DNA of 56,117 bases from Actinomycetota bacterium. Its GTDB lineage: Bacteria > Actinomycetota > Actinomycetes > Nanopelagicales > Nanopelagicaceae. Position numbers and translations under genes: made by a program. Positions 12,304 through 22,541 of the stretch are shown here, in pieces. Each line of letters begins with the position of its first letter. The stretch's first letter is position 1. Under the pieces are notes generated by a model. That model did no database searches and was not told the DNA's origin. It was given only the letters and a program-made list of their open reading frames with translations. Location: assembly GCA_029978465.1 (NCBI GenBank), contig JAPOJK010000001.1, positions 1 to 56,117 of the forward strand. Direction: 5' to 3'.

Positions 12304-14222
12304 TACTTGCTCTCCATTATTTCGCCGGTTTCAGTATTGATCGCTTGCGTTGCAATTGAAGATAAATGTGACTCAATAATAGAAGCGATCTTTGAGCCAA
12401 TACCCGGAGTTGCCGCGATCTCCTCAACGCTAGCTTTACGAATAGCTGCAACTGAACCAAATCGCTCCAATAGCGATGCCCTGCGCGCAGCCCCAAGTTG
12501 TGGAATCTCATCCAAAATTGACTCCAGCATGACCTTTGATCGACGTGATCGATGGAAGGTAATCGCAAAACGGTGTGCCTCATCTCGAATTCGTTGGAGC
12601 AGATACAAACCTTCGCTACTTCGAGGAAGAATCAATGGATCTTTGGAGCCAGGTATCCATACCTCTTCCAAACGTTTAGCTAGACCGCACAAAGCAATAT
12701 CTGTAATTCCCAGCTCATCCAGTGCGCGTTGAGCGGCATTTACCTGAGGTTGCCCTCCATCTACAACAATGAGTTGTGGTGGGTAGGCGAACTTACTTGG
12801 CTTGCCGCCAAGCTCTGCGACCTCTGCTTCATTCTCTTTACGATCATCGAGCAAACGTTTTAAGCGTCGTGTGATTACCTGGTGCATCGCGCGGGTGTCA
12901 TCAAAGCCCTCGCTGGTATCGATGATAAACCGACGGTACTCGCTCTTCTTAATCATTCCATCCTCAAAGACAACCATCGATGCAACAACCGATGTTCCCG
13001 AGATATTGGAGATATCAAAGCATTCGATGCGAAGCGGAGTCCGACCAAGGTTGAGGTGCTCCTCAATCTCAGTTAGCGCCTTACCGCTCACCGCTGCATC
13101 TGTTGCTCGTTTGCTCAGGTATTGAATCAGTGAGTACTGAGCATTTCGTTTGACAGTATCTAACAGCTCGACTTTTTCACCACGTTGAGGAACTTTGATT
13201 TCAACCTTTGTAGAACCAATACCGCCCAACCATTGCTCTAACTGATCCTTGTCTGCGGGATCTGCGTTGATATAAATATTGCGTGGGACAGCAATCGCAC
13301 CTGTTCCGTAGATTGAGTACAACAGCGCCGTTAACTCATCCTGACCTTCGAGCACCATCTCTTGATCCACAATCCAAGAACGTGAACCCTTCACCGAACC
13401 GCGCTGCATTGAAAAGATAGAGCCGGCTGCATGAAAACCATCGTGGTAAATGGAGATGAAATCTCCATCAAGATCATCGGAGAAGTTTCCTTCAGTAGAT
13501 TTCTGAGCTTTCTCAAAGGATTCAATCTGATCTCTCAAACGTGCGGCACGCTCAAACTCCTCATTAGCAGCGGCTGTATTCATCTCTTCATGCAGTTTAG
13601 GCAGGATGTTCTCCATCCCTGACTCCATAAACTCATTTAACCGTTCAGCTAACTTCTTATGATTCTCTTTCGAGATCCAATCAACACAAGGAGCGGCACA
13701 CTTACCGATATCTCCTAGCAAGCATTGACGCTTACTACGTTGGGCGCGTGTGAAGTTTGCCGAGGAACATGATCTGACAGGGAAAACCTTGAGCAATACC
13801 TCAAAGGTGTTTCGAAGTGCCCAAGCATTTGTGTAGGGACCAAAGTACTTCAGACCCGGACGCTTATCTTTTCGTGTAATGAAGATCATCGGATACTCAT
13901 CATTAAGCGACAGTGCTAAATACGGATAGGACTTGTCATCCTTGAACTGCACGTTGTACTTGGGTTGATACTGCTTAATCCAACTAAACTCCAGGGCAAG
14001 TGCTTCCAGCTCGGTGCTGACAATCGTCCAATCAACACGAACCGCTTCATGGACCATGCGATGAGTCTTAGTTGCAAGGTTTGCTTGAAAGTAATTACTC
14101 AAACGATTTTTAAGATTCTTCGCCTTGCCAACGTAAATCACCTTGTCTTGCTTGTTGTAAAAACGGTAAACCCCAGGATGTTCCGGAATATTGGTCGGCC
14201 GATAACTTTGAGGATCTGCCAT
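12303..14222 (-). CDS. uvrC: excinuclease ABC subunit C
   Basis: GIY-YIG PGVYRF...IYVGKAKNL, RIECFDIS, VDGG, RDEAHRFA, C-terminal HhH. Confidence 0.99.
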   Translation of the reverse strand: MADPQSYRPTNIPEHPGVYRFYNKQDKVIYVGKAKNLKNRLSNYFQANLATKTHRMVHEAVRVDWTIVSTELEALALEFSWIKQYQPKYNVQFKDDKSYPYLALSLNDEYPMIFITRKDKRPGLKYFGPYTNAWALRNTFEVLLKVFPVRSCSSANFTRAQRSKRQCLLGDIGKCAAPCVDWISKENHKKLAERLNEFMESGMENILPKLHEEMNTAAANEEFERAARLRDQIESFEKAQKSTEGNFSDDLDGDFISIYHDGFHAAGSIFSMQRGSVKGSRSWIVDQEMVLEGQDELTALLYSIYGTGAIAVPRNIYINADPADKDQLEQWLGGIGSTKVEIKVPQRGEKVELLDTVKRNAQYSLIQYLSKRATDAAVSGKALTEIEEHLNLGRTPLRIECFDISNISGTSVVASMVVFEDGMIKKSEYRRFIIDTSEGFDDTRAMHQVITRRLKRLLDDRKENEAEVAELGGKPSKFAYPPQLIVVDGGQPQVNAAQRALDELGITDIALCGLAKRLEEVWIPGSKDPLILPRSSEGLYLLQRIRDEAHRFAITFHRSRRSKVMLESILDEIPQLGAARRASLLERFGSVAAIRKASVEEIAATPGIGSKIASIIESHLSSIATQAINTETGEIMESK

Positions 14223-14226
14223 GAGA

Positions 14227-17085
14227 CTACTTTTTCGCTGGGGCTTTTCTATTTGATTTCAAGATCTCACCCAAGAACTGACCGGTGTAACTCTCCTTCA
14301 CCGCAGCAACCGTCTCGGGCGTTCCTTCCGCAACAACTAATCCCCCACGGAAACCACCTTCAGGTCCCATGTCGATAACCCAGTCAGAACATTTGATCAC
14401 ATCAAGATTGTGCTCAATCACAACGACTGTGTTTCCTGTATCCACCAAACGGTTAAGAACAGTTAACAACTTATTGACATCTTCAAAGTGCAGACCGGTT
14501 GTTGGCTCATCTAAAACATAAATGGTGCGACCAGTTGAACGACGCTGTAGCTCAGTTGCAAGTTTTACACGTTGAGCTTCGCCACCTGACAAGGTGGGAG
14601 CTGATTGTCCAAGGCGTACATAGCCCAACCCCACATCATTTAAGGTCTTTAAGTAGCGGGCGATCGCAGGGACTGATTCAAAGAAGCCATGCGCCTCTTC
14701 GATTGGCATATTCAATACTTCAGCAATGGTCTTGCCCTTGTAGTGAACCTCTAGCGTTTCTCGGTTGTAACGAGCGCCATGACAAACCTCGCAAGGAACG
14801 TAAACATCTGGCAGGAAGTTCATTTCGATGGTGATCGTTCCATCGCCAGAACAGTTCTCGCACCGTCCACCCTTCACATTGAAGGAGAAACGACCCTGCT
14901 GGTAACCACGAATCTTCGCCTCGCTGGTTTCGGCAAAGAGTGCACGAATCTTGTCAAAGACACCTGTATATGTAGCAGGATTTGATCGAGGTGTTCTACC
15001 GATCGGTGATTGATCAACATGCACAACTTTATCCAGATGCTCTATGCCTGTAACTGTTCTGTGACGACCTGGTACCAAACGGGAACCATTTAACCTGTTG
15101 GCTAATGTTGTGTAGAGAATGTCATTTACAAGGGTTGATTTTCCAGAGCCCGAGACACCAGTTACAGATACAAAGACACCTAGTGGAACCTCAACTTCAA
15201 TGTCCTTTAGGTTATTTTCCTTTGCACCCTTAACTACAAGTTTTCTCTTTGGATCAATAGCTCGGCGCTTCTTTGGAATCTCAATTGATTTACGTCCCGA
15301 TAAATAAGCACCAGTGATCGACTCTTTGGATGCAATCAATTCCTCGTAACTGCCTGAGACAACAACCTTTCCACCATGTTCGCCAGCACCTGGACCGATA
15401 TCCACGATCCAGTCAGCGGTACGAATGGTCTCTTCATCATGCTCAACAACGATCAAGGTATTACCAAGGTTACGTAAACGCGTGAGAGTTTCAATTAAGC
15501 GCTTGTTATCACGTTGATGCAAACCAATTGATGGCTCATCCAAAACATACAGCACACCTACTAACCCGCTACCAATCTGGGTTGCAAGACGAATGCGCTG
15601 TGCTTCTCCACCAGACAAAGATCCAGCTGGGCGAGCAAGAGAAAGGTAATCAAGTCCGACATCGAGCAGGAAGCCAAGACGTGCGTTTACCTCTTTCATG
15701 ACACGCTCAGCGATCTGTGCCTCACGCTTGTTCAGCTTGATCTGCTTTAAGAAGGTCGCACAATCTGCAATAGAGAGCTCACAAATCTCAGAGATGTTCT
15801 TGTTCCCGATTGTTACCGCAAGAACTTCAGGCTTGAGGCGGGCACCATTACAACTTTCGCATGCGATCTCACGCATGTACGCCTCGTACTTATCACGGCT
15901 GTAATCACTATCTGTCTCTTCATGTCTGCGATGAATAAAGGGAATAACACCTTCAAAACCAGTTGTGTAATTACGAGCCCCATATCGACCTTTGTACTTC
16001 ATCTTGATCTCATACTCATAGCCATTCAGGATCGCTTCACGAGCTTTGACCGAGATCTTTTTCCATGGCGTATCTAAAGAGAAAGGAAGATCCTTAGCTA
16101 ATGCTTCTAACAAACGCAGGAAGTAATCTGAAGATTGCCCACCAGACCATGGCGCGATCGCACCTTCATTAATCGAGATTGAATCATCAGGAATGATGAG
16201 ATCAAGATCAACCTCTTTCTTAGTTCCAATTCCAGAACACTCCGCACATGCGCCAAATGGTGAGTTGAATGAGAAGGAACGAGGCTCTAACTCCTCAAAT
16301 GAGAGCTCACAATCATGACAGGCTAAGTGTTCGCTATAGGTGCGCTCCTTGTCTTCACCTTTTGCATCGACAAAATCTAAAACAACAATTCCTGAAGAAA
16401 GACGGAGCGCAGTCTCAATAGAATCTGTTAACCGAGTCTTGCTCTCAGCTTTCGCGGTTAAACGATCAATAACAACTTCGATGGTGTGCTTTTCTTGTTT
16501 CTTCAACTTCGGTGCATCAGAAAGTTGAACAACCTCTCCATCGATGCGAGCACGTGAGTATCCCTGGGTAATGAGATCGCTGAAGAGTTCAACAAACTCT
16601 CCTTTGCGTGCCCTAACCACCGGTGCCAAAACTTGAAACTTAGTTGTTGCTGGTAGTTCAAGGATTTGATCAACGATCTGTTGTGGTGATTGGCGGGTAA
16701 CAACCTTGTTGCACTTAGGACAGTGCGGGGTTCCGGCACGTGCAAAGAGCAGACGTAGATAGTCGTACACCTCGGTGATAGTTCCTACCGTCGAACGTGG
16801 ATTTCGATTGGTAGATTTCTGATCGATCGAAACTGCAGGTGATAAACCCTCGATGAAATCCACATCAGGCTTATCCATCTGGCCCAAAAATTGGCGTGCA
16901 TAAGCAGATAAGGATTCAACATATCGACGTTGACCCTCAGCAAAGATGGTGTCGAAAGCTAGCGAGGATTTTCCTGAGCCGGAAAGGCCGGTGAATACAA
17001 CTAGGGAGTCTCGGGGCAGTTCGATGGAGACATTTTTGAGGTTGTGCTCGCGAGCTCCGCGCACAACTAACTTATCGATGCTCAA
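14227..17085 (-). CDS. uvrA: excinuclease ABC subunit A
   Basis: GAREHNLKN, two Walker A motifs, Zn fingers, LSGGEAQR twice; TTG start overlaps the uvrB stop. Confidence 0.99.
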   Translation of the reverse strand: MSIDKLVVRGAREHNLKNVSIELPRDSLVVFTGLSGSGKSSLAFDTIFAEGQRRYVESLSAYARQFLGQMDKPDVDFIEGLSPAVSIDQKSTNRNPRSTVGTITEVYDYLRLLFARAGTPHCPKCNKVVTRQSPQQIVDQILELPATTKFQVLAPVVRARKGEFVELFSDLITQGYSRARIDGEVVQLSDAPKLKKQEKHTIEVVIDRLTAKAESKTRLTDSIETALRLSSGIVVLDFVDAKGEDKERTYSEHLACHDCELSFEELEPRSFSFNSPFGACAECSGIGTKKEVDLDLIIPDDSISINEGAIAPWSGGQSSDYFLRLLEALAKDLPFSLDTPWKKISVKAREAILNGYEYEIKMKYKGRYGARNYTTGFEGVIPFIHRRHEETDSDYSRDKYEAYMREIACESCNGARLKPEVLAVTIGNKNISEICELSIADCATFLKQIKLNKREAQIAERVMKEVNARLGFLLDVGLDYLSLARPAGSLSGGEAQRIRLATQIGSGLVGVLYVLDEPSIGLHQRDNKRLIETLTRLRNLGNTLIVVEHDEETIRTADWIVDIGPGAGEHGGKVVVSGSYEELIASKESITGAYLSGRKSIEIPKKRRAIDPKRKLVVKGAKENNLKDIEVEVPLGVFVSVTGVSGSGKSTLVNDILYTTLANRLNGSRLVPGRHRTVTGIEHLDKVVHVDQSPIGRTPRSNPATYTGVFDKIRALFAETSEAKIRGYQQGRFSFNVKGGRCENCSGDGTITIEMNFLPDVYVPCEVCHGARYNRETLEVHYKGKTIAEVLNMPIEEAHGFFESVPAIARYLKTLNDVGLGYVRLGQSAPTLSGGEAQRVKLATELQRRSTGRTIYVLDEPTTGLHFEDVNKLLTVLNRLVDTGNTVVVIEHNLDVIKCSDWVIDMGPEGGFRGGLVVAEGTPETVAAVKESYTGQFLGEILKSNRKAPAKK

Positions 17086-19163
17086 ACCCCGGCCTCTTCC
17101 ATCATTCGTAGCTCTTTCTTCAAAATCTTGATCTCATCGCGTAATCGCGCTGCGACCTCAAATTGAAGTTCAGATGCTGCATTTCGCATCTGTTCGGTGA
17201 GCGAGCCTATCAATGCGATTAGATCCTTGCGCGGCAAAGAGAGCGAGGATTTATCGTAAATTCCAGCCGAAGCGCCAACCTTCTTCGCTCCACCCTTCTC
17301 ATGCGACAACAGTTCTTCGGTGTCTTCGCTTTCACGTGCAATCAAGTCGGTAATGTCTGCGATCTTCTTGCGCAGCGGTTGCGGGTCTACACCACGTTCT
17401 AGGTTATAGGCCACCTGCTTGGCTCTACGTCGATTGGTTTCATCGATCGCCTTAGCCATGGAATCTGTAATTCTGTCGGCGTACATGTGCACCTCTCCCG
17501 AGACGTTACGGGCGGCACGACCGATAGTTTGAATTAATGATGTCGATGAGCGGAGGAAGCCCTCTTTATCAGCATCCAAAATCGCTACCAAAGAAACTTC
17601 GGGTAAATCTAAACCTTCACGTAACAAGTTGATTCCGATCAAAACATCATAATCACCAGTTCGGAGTTCGCGAAGTAATTCCACTCTGCGCAAAGTATCT
17701 ACCTCTGAGTGCAGGTAGCGAACGTTGACGCCTTTTTCCTGAAGATAATCTGTTAGGTCTTCTGACATCTTCTTGGTCAAAGTTGTTACTAGAACACGTT
17801 CATTTCTTTCAGCACGAATCGTGATCTCATGCAGCAGGTCATCGATCTGTCCCTTAATTGGTTTGATCACAATCTGTGGATCCACCAAACCAGTTGGGCG
17901 AATTACTTGTTCAACAACATCGCCATCTACTTTGGCCATCTCATACTTACCTGGAGTAGCTGATAGATAAATAGTTTGACCTGTGCGCTCTACAAACTCT
18001 GGGAACTTCAGTGGACGATTATCTAAAGCGCTAGGCAGGCGGAATCCATGCTCTACAAGGGTTCGCTTACGTGAAGCATCTCCTTCAAACATCGCCCCTA
18101 ACTGCGGAACTGTCACATGGCTCTCATCGATAACAAGGAGAAAATCTTCAGGGAAGTAATCCAAGAGACAGTGTGGCGCAGAACCAGCTGGTCGATCATC
18201 TAAATGTCGAGAGTAGTTTTCAATTCCACTGCAGAAACCGATCTGCTCCATCATCTCAATATCAAAGGTTGTTCTCATGCGCAGGCGCTGGGCCTCTAGT
18301 AACTTCCCTTGCTTCTCAAAGAGATTGAGCTGAACTTGTAGTTCATCTTGGATATCACCAATGGCTCGCTTCATCGTTTCAGGACCGGCCGCATAATGTG
18401 TCGCCGGAAAGACAAAGATCTCCTCTTCATCTCTAATAATTTCACCAGTCAATGGATGCAGAGTTGAGATCTTCTCGATCTCATCGCCAAACATTTCAAT
18501 ACGAATTGCAAGCTCTTCATACATTGGAATGATTTCAATAGTGTCTCCGCGCACCCTAAAGGTCCCGCGTTCAAAGGCCATGTCATTACGTTTGTACTGA
18601 ACATCTACAAAGCGACGCAATAGCGCGTTGCGCTCAACCTCATCGCCCACTCGTAAGCGAACCATCCGATCTACATACTCCTGCGGGGTACCCAATCCAT
18701 AGATACAGGAAACAGTTGCAACAACGATCACATCTCGGCGGGTGAGCAATGAGTTAGTCGCTGAGTGGCGAAGTCGTTCAACCTCTTCATTAACGCTGGA
18801 GTCCTTCTCGATAAAGGTATCTGTTTGAGGAACATACGCTTCAGGTTGGTAGTAGTCGTAATACGAGACAAAGTATTCAACCGCGTTGTTAGGTAGTAAT
18901 TCACGGAACTCATTGGCGAGCTGTGCCGCCAATGTCTTGTTGGGTGCTAAAACAAGGGTTGGTCTTTGTAACTGTTCAATCAACCAAGCTGTGGTTGCAG
19001 ATTTACCGGTACCTGTCGCACCCAAGAGAACGACATCCCGCTCCCCTGCATTGATTCGTTTTGTGATTTCAGCGATGGCAGCGGGCTGGTCACCTGCAGG
19101 TACGTAATCGCTAATAACTTGAAAGGGCTCAACTCTGCGTTGTAGATCAGATATTGGGCGCAT
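17082..19163 (-). CDS. uvrB: excinuclease ABC subunit B
   Basis: [32 protein letters not shown]-terminal UVR coil. Confidence 0.99.
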   Translation of the reverse strand: MRPISDLQRRVEPFQVISDYVPAGDQPAAIAEITKRINAGERDVVLLGATGTGKSATTAWLIEQLQRPTLVLAPNKTLAAQLANEFRELLPNNAVEYFVSYYDYYQPEAYVPQTDTFIEKDSSVNEEVERLRHSATNSLLTRRDVIVVATVSCIYGLGTPQEYVDRMVRLRVGDEVERNALLRRFVDVQYKRNDMAFERGTFRVRGDTIEIIPMYEELAIRIEMFGDEIEKISTLHPLTGEIIRDEEEIFVFPATHYAAGPETMKRAIGDIQDELQVQLNLFEKQGKLLEAQRLRMRTTFDIEMMEQIGFCSGIENYSRHLDDRPAGSAPHCLLDYFPEDFLLVIDESHVTVPQLGAMFEGDASRKRTLVEHGFRLPSALDNRPLKFPEFVERTGQTIYLSATPGKYEMAKVDGDVVEQVIRPTGLVDPQIVIKPIKGQIDDLLHEITIRAERNERVLVTTLTKKMSEDLTDYLQEKGVNVRYLHSEVDTLRRVELLRELRTGDYDVLIGINLLREGLDLPEVSLVAILDADKEGFLRSSTSLIQTIGRAARNVSGEVHMYADRITDSMAKAIDETNRRRAKQVAYNLERGVDPQPLRKKIADITDLIARESEDTEELLSHEKGGAKKVGASAGIYDKSSLSLPRKDLIALIGSLTEQMRNAASELQFEVAARLRDEIKILKKELRMMEEAGV

Positions 19164-19169
19164 TTGGTA

Positions 19170-19175
19170 AGCCTA
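19170..19175 (-). promoter_or_regulatory. -10 hexamer TAGGCT, putative leaderless uvrB promoter
   Basis: TAGGCT-taccaa-ATG; no SD. Confidence 0.65.
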
Positions 19176-19179
19176 CTTA

Positions 19180-19764
19180 TTAATTATCGTGAAGGCTATC
19201 CCAAATGTTTTCCACTTGGCGCAGGAGTTCATCCTCGCTGCCATCATTTTCAATCAGGAAGTCGGCGACCTCGATGCGCTGCTCTCGCGTTGCTTGAGTG
19301 GCGATGCGACCTTCGATTTCTGAGATATGCATTCCACGCTGACGAAGCCGAGCGATTCTGTTCTCTAAGGATGATTCGACCGTTACTACAACATCGAAAC
19401 GATCTTGACCACCTGTTTCGACAAGTAAAGGTATTTCATAAACAAGGGTCTCATCGGACTTAAGCGATGCAACCGCTTCTTCAAATTCACGTCGGACAAA
19501 GGGATGAATAATACTTTCAAGTTTTTTCTTAGCCTCTGGATCATTGAAGATTATTTCGCCTAATGCTCGGCGATCAATATCGCCATTGTTAAGTACTGAA
19601 TCTCCAAAAAAGCTGACCACCTCATCAAAGCCTTCAGAGCCTCTTTCAATCGCAGCTCGAGCAAGTTGGTCTGCATCAATTACCAATGCACCAAGCTCGG
19701 CAAAGTACTGAGCCGCTAAAGACTTACCGCAACCAATTCCACCGGTTAATCCGATAACTCGCAT
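19180..19764 (-). CDS. coaE: dephospho-CoA kinase
   Basis: IGLTGGIGCGKS, IDADQLAR, IHP, EIPLLVE. Confidence 0.97.
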   Translation of the reverse strand: MRVIGLTGGIGCGKSLAAQYFAELGALVIDADQLARAAIERGSEGFDEVVSFFGDSVLNNGDIDRRALGEIIFNDPEAKKKLESIIHPFVRREFEEAVASLKSDETLVYEIPLLVETGGQDRFDVVVTVESSLENRIARLRQRGMHISEIEGRIATQATREQRIEVADFLIENDGSEDELLRQVENIWDSLHDN

Positions 19765-19770
19765 AGAGAA

Positions 19771-19776
19771 AGAATA
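19771..19776 (-). promoter_or_regulatory. -10 hexamer TATTCT, putative leaderless coaE promoter
   Basis: TATTCT-ttctct-ATG; no SD; lies just after the rpsA terminator. Confidence 0.6.
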
Positions 19777-19782
19777 GAGGTT

Positions 19783-19821
19783 AAATGAAAGAAGGCCCCG
19801 CAGTTACGCGAGGCCTTCTTT
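19783..19821 (-). terminator. intrinsic terminator of rpsA
   Basis: AAAGAAGGCCTCGC-GTAACT-GCGGGGCCTTCTTT followed by CATTT, 12 nt after the rpsA stop. Confidence 0.85.
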
Positions 19822-19833
19822 ACACAAATATTT

Positions 19834-21186
19834 CTACTCTGCAGAAACTGCTTCCTCTTCAGGAGTTGCAGCAGCGTCAGCGGCCTTGGCCTCTGCCTTC
19901 TGCTTCTTGTGTGCCATGAAACGCTCTTGAGCTAGGGCGTACTGCTTCTCCCACTCTTCGCGTTGAGTTTCATATCCTGGCTTCCACTCTTGTGAGTCTG
20001 CATCGAAACCTTCAGGGTAAATGAAGTTTCCTTCTGCATCGTAACGAGCAGCCATTCCGTACTGAGTTGGATCAAATGCTTCGATCTCAATCTCTGTACC
20101 TTCATTAGCCTGCTTCAATGAAAGAGAGATACGACGACGCTCTAGGTCGATATCGATGATCTTTACAAATAGCTCATCATCAACCTGAACAACCTGCTCT
20201 GGGATCTCAACGTGGCGTTCTGCCAACTCTGAGATGTGAACAAGTCCTTCAATTCCTTCGTGAACACGAATGAAGGCTCCGAATGGAACAAGCTTTGTTA
20301 CAACACCTGGAACAACCTGATTGATTGTGTGGGTGCGAGCAAATGCCTGCCATGGATCTTCTTGTGTTGCCTTAAGTGATAGTGAAACACGCTCGCGCTC
20401 GAAATCAACTTCGAGAACTTCAACAGTTACCTCGTCGCCAACTTCAACAACTTCACCTGGGTGATCGATGTGCTTCCATGAAAGCTCTGAAACGTGAACC
20501 AAACCATCTACGCCACCAAGGTCAACGAATGCACCGAAGTTAACGATTGATGAAACAACACCTGTGCGAACCTGGCCCTTTTGAAGCTGATTAAGGAATG
20601 TTGTTCGTGACTCTGATTGTGTCTGCTCGAGGAATGCACGACGTGAAAGAACAACGTTGTTGCGATTCTTATCGAGCTCGATAATGCGTGCTTCTACCTG
20701 CTTGCCAATGTATGGAGTCAGATCGCGTACGCGGCGCATCTCAACAAGAGATGCTGGAAGGAATCCACGTAGACCGATGTCCACGATAAGACCACCCTTA
20801 ACAACTTCAATAACAGTTCCGACGACAACCTCGTCGCGCTCCTTCTTGCCTTCGATGTCTCCCCATGCACGCTCGTACTGTGCGCGCTTCTTAGAAAGAA
20901 TCAGGCGACCCTCCTTGTCCTCTTTTTGGAGAACGAGAGCTTCAATAATCTCACCGACCTTAACGATTGAGTTTGGATCTGCATCGTGGCGAATTGAAAG
21001 CTCGCGAGAAGGAATAACACCCTCTGTCTTGTAACCGATGTCGACAAGAACTTCGTCGCGTCCAACTTGAACAACTGCACCTGAAACTAGGTCGCCGTCA
21101 TTAAAGTTTCTGATTGTGCCTTCGATTGCTGCTAGAAAATCTTCAGCTGATCCGATGTCATTTACTGCAATTTGTGGTGTAGACAA
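19834..21186 (-). CDS. rpsA: 30S ribosomal protein S1 (four S1 domains); start moved to TTG at 21186
   Basis: PQIAVNDIGS, DIGYKTEGVIP, repeated S1 motifs (FGAFV..GLVHVSEL); GGAG RBS before the TTG. Confidence 0.98.
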   Translation of the reverse strand: MSTPQIAVNDIGSAEDFLAAIEGTIRNFNDGDLVSGAVVQVGRDEVLVDIGYKTEGVIPSRELSIRHDADPNSIVKVGEIIEALVLQKEDKEGRLILSKKRAQYERAWGDIEGKKERDEVVVGTVIEVVKGGLIVDIGLRGFLPASLVEMRRVRDLTPYIGKQVEARIIELDKNRNNVVLSRRAFLEQTQSESRTTFLNQLQKGQVRTGVVSSIVNFGAFVDLGGVDGLVHVSELSWKHIDHPGEVVEVGDEVTVEVLEVDFERERVSLSLKATQEDPWQAFARTHTINQVVPGVVTKLVPFGAFIRVHEGIEGLVHISELAERHVEIPEQVVQVDDELFVKIIDIDLERRRISLSLKQANEGTEIEIEAFDPTQYGMAARYDAEGNFIYPEGFDADSQEWKPGYETQREEWEKQYALAQERFMAHKKQKAEAKAADAAATPEEEAVSAE

Positions 21187-21240
21187 TTGTGCTCCGTAGG
21201 GATAGAAAGTAGTAGTTCCCGCTTTCGCGGCTGAAGGGCA

Positions 21241-21270
21241 AGGGTACGGTTTGCACGCTCGTAAGGGCAA
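21241..21270 (-). promoter_or_regulatory. putative sigma-A promoter of rpsA
   Basis: TTGCCC-N18-TACCCT upstream of a leader of about 50 nt. Confidence 0.55.
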
Positions 21271-21302
21271 ATCCGCTCATTTTTTTGAGCGTAATCGATA
21301 GA

Positions 21303-22541
21303 ATGAAATACCTTATGAAGAGATACAGAGAGCTGCTCGCCTTTCCTCAAGTCATTCGCCTGGGATTGAGCGCATTTCCGGCTCGTTTGGCGTATTCGAT
21401 GATTGGCCTTGGCATTTTCTTCAAGGCTGAGCAGGAAACGGGCTCCATCGCGATCGCAGGTTTTGCAATTGGTTTGAACTCACTTGCTGGATCTTTGACC
21501 GCTGGAATTCGTGGCTCTGTCATGGATCGTTTTGGTCAGAAGTGGCCGATTCGCATCTTGGTGCCGATGTATGCGGGGCTAATTTTTTTGCTCAACACCA
21601 TGGAAACACGTCAATCTATTTTGATTACCGCATTTGTTCTGGGAATCACCGCTCCCCCTATTAACTTGTCAGTTCGTCCTTTATGGAAGGACATTGTTCC
21701 GGATTCATATCTGCGAACCGCATACGCATTTGACTCTTCAATGATGAGTACTACCTCTGTCATCGGACCAGTTGTTATTACCGCGCTCATGCTTTCTTCA
21801 CGTCCAGGATTTGGTTTAGGAACAATTGCAACCTTGATGTTAATCGGTGGCATCGCTCTGTCCTTAACACCTGCTTCGCGCGATTGGATTCCGGAGAAGA
21901 AACAAAAGGGTCAGCAACGATTGTGGCGAGATCGTGCAATTCAACTTCTGATGTTTGAGGGTTGCTTTATTGGTTTTGGCTGGGGTGTCTTTGATGTTGC
22001 AGTTCCCGCATTTGCTACACAAGAAGGCGTACAACATCGTGTTGCTTGGATCTTTGCCGCTTTTGGCGCTGCCACAGTTATTGGTGGCTTGCTTGGTGGC
22101 TTAGTCTCAAAGAAATTAGCGCCTTTGTCAGCGCTGCGACGGGCATACCTATTGTGGCTCATCGCTTGCGTGCCAGTTGCATTTACATATCCCGATTGGA
22201 GCATGGCGTTAATCGGTGCATGCATCGGTTTCTTAGGTGGCGCAGTTCAGGTCTTTTACTTTGAAGTTCTCGAAGCTGTTCGACCTAAGGGTTCACAAAC
22301 CGCATCTCTTGGTTGGATCTGGAGCGTTGAAGGCTCCTTCATGGCTCTTGGTGCCGCAGTTGGTGGCGTAGTTTCTGAAAGCTTCTCGCCACGTTTCGGT
22401 CTTGCGATGCTACCCACCATGATCTTTATTGGATTAATCATCTTGTCGATCGGTCGTGCGCGTTTAAGCGCGGCAAATGATGTGCCGACAGAGGAAGAAG
22501 ATCTTCAGGCCATGAAGGATATTTCTAACGAATCAAAGTAG
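21303..22541 (+). CDS. MFS transporter, substrate unknown; start uncertain (21303 or 21315)
   Basis: about 12 hydrophobic helices, motif A-like GSVMDRFGQK. Confidence 0.88.
   Translation: MKYLMKRYRELLAFPQVIRLGLSAFPARLAYSMIGLGIFFKAEQETGSIAIAGFAIGLNSLAGSLTAGIRGSVMDRFGQKWPIRILVPMYAGLIFLLNTMETRQSILITAFVLGITAPPINLSVRPLWKDIVPDSYLRTAYAFDSSMMSTTSVIGPVVITALMLSSRPGFGLGTIATLMLIGGIALSLTPASRDWIPEKKQKGQQRLWRDRAIQLLMFEGCFIGFGWGVFDVAVPAFATQEGVQHRVAWIFAAFGAATVIGGLLGGLVSKKLAPLSALRRAYLLWLIACVPVAFTYPDWSMALIGACIGFLGGAVQVFYFEVLEAVRPKGSQTASLGWIWSVEGSFMALGAAVGGVVSESFSPRFGLAMLPTMIFIGLIILSIGRARLSAANDVPTEEEDLQAMKDISNESK

Noticed and set aside
19164-19463. 99-aa plus-strand ORF divergent from uvrB
   Set aside because: Almost entirely antisense to coaE, low-information sequence and no translation signal.
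21187-21270. N-terminal extensions in the ORF track for rpsA (also gap, whiA, livK, gltD, priA, hisD)
   Set aside because: Downstream starts have an SD, a leaderless -10, a stop/start overlap or a family-typical N-terminus; several extensions run through promoter or leader DNA.
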